Below are positions 62,821 to 64,000 of a stretch of DNA of 64,000 bases, in pieces. Numbering within the stretch: the first letter of the stretch is position 1; the number at the start of each line of letters is the position of its first letter. Below the pieces are notes generated by a model, which saw only the letters and a program-made list of their open reading frames with translations, did not search any database and was not told where the DNA came from. Position numbers and translations under genes: made by a program. Origin of the DNA: Chrysemys picta bellii (Eukaryota); contig NC_088791.1 of NCBI RefSeq assembly GCF_011386835.1, positions 206,274,001-206,338,000 of the forward strand. Reading direction: 5' to 3'.

Positions 62821-64000
62821 AGTAGCAGCAGGATGAAGGGCTGTGAGCTTCTCTCTCTTCCCCTTTCTATGTTTTCACTGGGTCCTAATGACCCAGGATT
62901 TTGCTGCTTTCCCAGTTGCTTGGGTGTGGCCCACTCGCTGTTCCCTGGGGACTCCCCACCAGTGACCAACACTTACTAGGCTTTACTGTCTTCTAAACCA
63001 TTGAACTGCATGCATAGGGCGGCTTGTCCATATCTCCTGCTCATTTTCTTTGGACTATTATTTCTCAGTTTTCTTTTGACATTATTGATTTTTGTGTCCC
63101 ATGATGTATCATAGAGGTTCTACATGGGACGGGAGGGGGGATGTGTGTGTGTGTGGAACAGGACATTGGATGACTTTTATTCTAATCTTGACAGGCTCTT
63201 TCCATCCAAGATGCAATATAAGGTTGTGCAACTTTTATTGTGAGATTGACTGGTGAATGCTTTCAATTGCAAAAGGCAGAATATTTCAAGCATGTTTGAT
63301 TCCTGGGGCTTACTAGAGGCCTAGAATAATAATCATGTTTTTTCATATCCTTTGTCCTGTATTAAAATTCTTATATTTTTCAGTAAGCTTATCGCTTAGG
63401 GGAAATTGGAAACAGATAGAGTAGGCTGTGATGCTCCACATTATTGTTAAGGTGGAAGTTATTTATTTACCAAACAAAGGGTGGACTGGGTAATGTGAGG
63501 CCTTGCCTGATTTGCATTCTATCCGGTGCATATTGTCATTTTTTAATCCGTATCCTGAGTCAGTTTTAGTCAGCTTATTCTGGGTTGTGTTTTAGCACCT
63601 TAGCGCTGTATCAGGAAAGTGAAACACTTAGTACCTTCATCACTTTGGGTCACTTCTAGCCCTCTCCCCTGTGATCGTGTTGGATGCAGTAAAGGGGGAA
63701 CAGGTTTGGGGGAGTGCACAAAGAGCGCAGGCAGAATTCTGCAGAGCTCACCCCGTGCATTCCTTCATAATGAGATAGGAATAAGCAGAAGATCTGCTGC
63801 TATTTGGTTGGTTAGCCATTGCCCCATGCAGAGCACAGGCAGCCTCAGAGCTGCAATAGAGACTATGGAGCTCTGCCTCTGGCAGAGGATTCCTACTTGC
63901 AGAAGTAGACTTGGGAGATACAGAGAAAAACTTTAAAAACAACAACAAAAAATTGAGGCTCTTTGTGCTGACCAGTTCAATGGAATTTCATTAAAAGTGT

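Overview
AT-rich, repeat-dense vertebrate non-coding DNA, almost certainly from a turtle. The call rests on tRNA-Lys-type Cry/tortoise SINEs with CR1 tails, CR1 LINEs, Neptune-type Penelope fragments, GC-rich hAT MITEs, Harbinger MITEs, MIR and an LF-SINE. I could not support any host protein-coding exon. The main feature is a 5.6-kb minus-strand endogenous retrovirus at 16727-22351. It has two ~560-bp LTRs (~9% diverged by hand count), a tRNA-Ala(AGC) PBS and a PPT. A deletion starts right at the PBS end and removes gag-pro-RT, leaving a decayed RNase H C-half plus integrase. Next comes a small single-pass membrane ORF behind a splice acceptor, joined to env by a TAATG stop-start. The env has RSKR furin site, adjacent fusion peptide and a very long (~390 aa) Cys-rich TM ectodomain, which fits a lokiretrovirus-like, Mononegavirales-F-like class I fusogen better than gamma/beta-type Env. 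A hAT MITE interrupts env. Elsewhere there are four solo LTRs with clear TSDs, a truncated Harbinger with its two genes fused tail-to-tail, and a Penelope minimal hammerhead ribozyme motif. All family assignments are by eye; no database search was run.
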